DNA of 64,000 nucleotides from Prevotella sp. (GTDB lineage: Bacteria > Bacteroidota > Bacteroidia > Bacteroidales > Bacteroidaceae). Each line of letters starts with the position of its first letter. The stretch's first letter is position 1. Below the pieces are notes generated by a model that saw only the letters and a program-made list of their open reading frames with translations, was not told the DNA's origin and did no database searches. Location: positions 2,300 through 66,299 of the forward strand of contig JAFUUL010000039.1 of assembly GCA_017483805.1 (NCBI GenBank), in the 5' to 3' direction. Shown one piece after another: positions 63,456 to 64,000 of the stretch. The translations under genes and the position numbers were made by a program.

Positions 63456-64000
63456 ATGGGAAAAAAGAAAATCAAGTTTAGTCTCGTCTATCGCGACATG
63501 TGGCAGTCCAGTGGCAAGTTCCAGCCGCGCAAGGATCAGTTGGAGCGCATTGCGCCCGTCATCATCGACATGGGCTGCTTTGCCCGCGTGGAGACCAACG
63601 GCGGTGCCTTCGAGCAGGTGAACCTCATGGCAGGCGAGAACCCCAACCTGGCCGTGCGCGCCTTCTGCAAGCCCTTCAACGAGGTGGGCATACAGACCCA
63701 CATGCTGGACCGAGGCCTCAATGCCCTGCGTATGTATCCTGTGCCCGACGACGTGCGCGCACTGATGTATAAGGTGAAGAAGGCCCAGGGCGTAGACATT
63801 CCCCGTATCTTCTGCGGTCTGAACGACACGCGCAATATCATCCCCTCTATCCGTTGGGCCAAGGAGGCCGGCATGATTCCGCAGGCCACGCTCTGCATCA
63901 CGACTTCGCCCGTACACACGGTGGACTACTACAGCCAGATTGCCGACGAGGTGATTGCTGCCGGTGCCGAGGAAATCTGCCTGAAGGATATGGCAGGCAT
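63456..64000 (+). CDS. Pyruvate/oxaloacetate carboxyltransferase (OadA/PycB/5S family), 3' end outside window
   Basis: Hand translation MGKKKIKFSLVYRDMWQSSG...ETNGGAFE...ICLKDMAG; promoter box at 63410-63417. Confidence 0.85.
   Translation, partial: MGKKKIKFSLVYRDMWQSSGKFQPRKDQLERIAPVIIDMGCFARVETNGGAFEQVNLMAGENPNLAVRAFCKPFNEVGIQTHMLDRGLNALRMYPVPDDVRALMYKVKKAQGVDIPRIFCGLNDTRNIIPSIRWAKEAGMIPQATLCITTSPVHTVDYYSQIADEVIAAGAEEICLKDMAG

Overview
Prevotellaceae (Bacteroidales) chromosomal segment, inferred from gene content and repeated TAnnTTTG promoter boxes. Positions 1-8540 are an accessory island. It starts with an AT-richer Type III restriction-modification operon (mod partial, res) plus two co-transcribed unknown genes and a terminator. 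A GC-rich replication-like module follows: an unknown ORF, an iteron-like inverted repeat, a DUF3987-like protein, a heptamer array and a CHC2/TOPRIM primase. The rest is mostly housekeeping: fabD, GH13, lepA, acyl-CoA ligases, mutAB, ABC/SSS/POT transporters, uvrA, glgB, the mce-mmdA-mmdC cluster, a TonB receptor, manA, kdsC, maf and a partial pyruvate/oxaloacetate carboxyltransferase. Best leads: (1) the two unknown genes in the RM operon share a 26-aa G/N/V-rich motif at the C-terminus of the first and the N-terminus of the second, the layout of amyloid-signalling defence pairs; (2) a plant-type galacturonokinase, a nucleotidyltransferase and a UDP-glucuronate 4-epimerase sit in one operon, suggesting a bacterial galacturonate salvage route; (3) palindromic and heptamer repeat elements are inserted in frame in genes including uvrA; (4) the methylmalonyl-CoA decarboxylase cluster lacks its membrane subunit; (5) two orphan promoters may drive sRNAs. 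No CRISPR array, tRNA, rRNA or integrase was seen. All calls are by eye from motifs; no searches were run.
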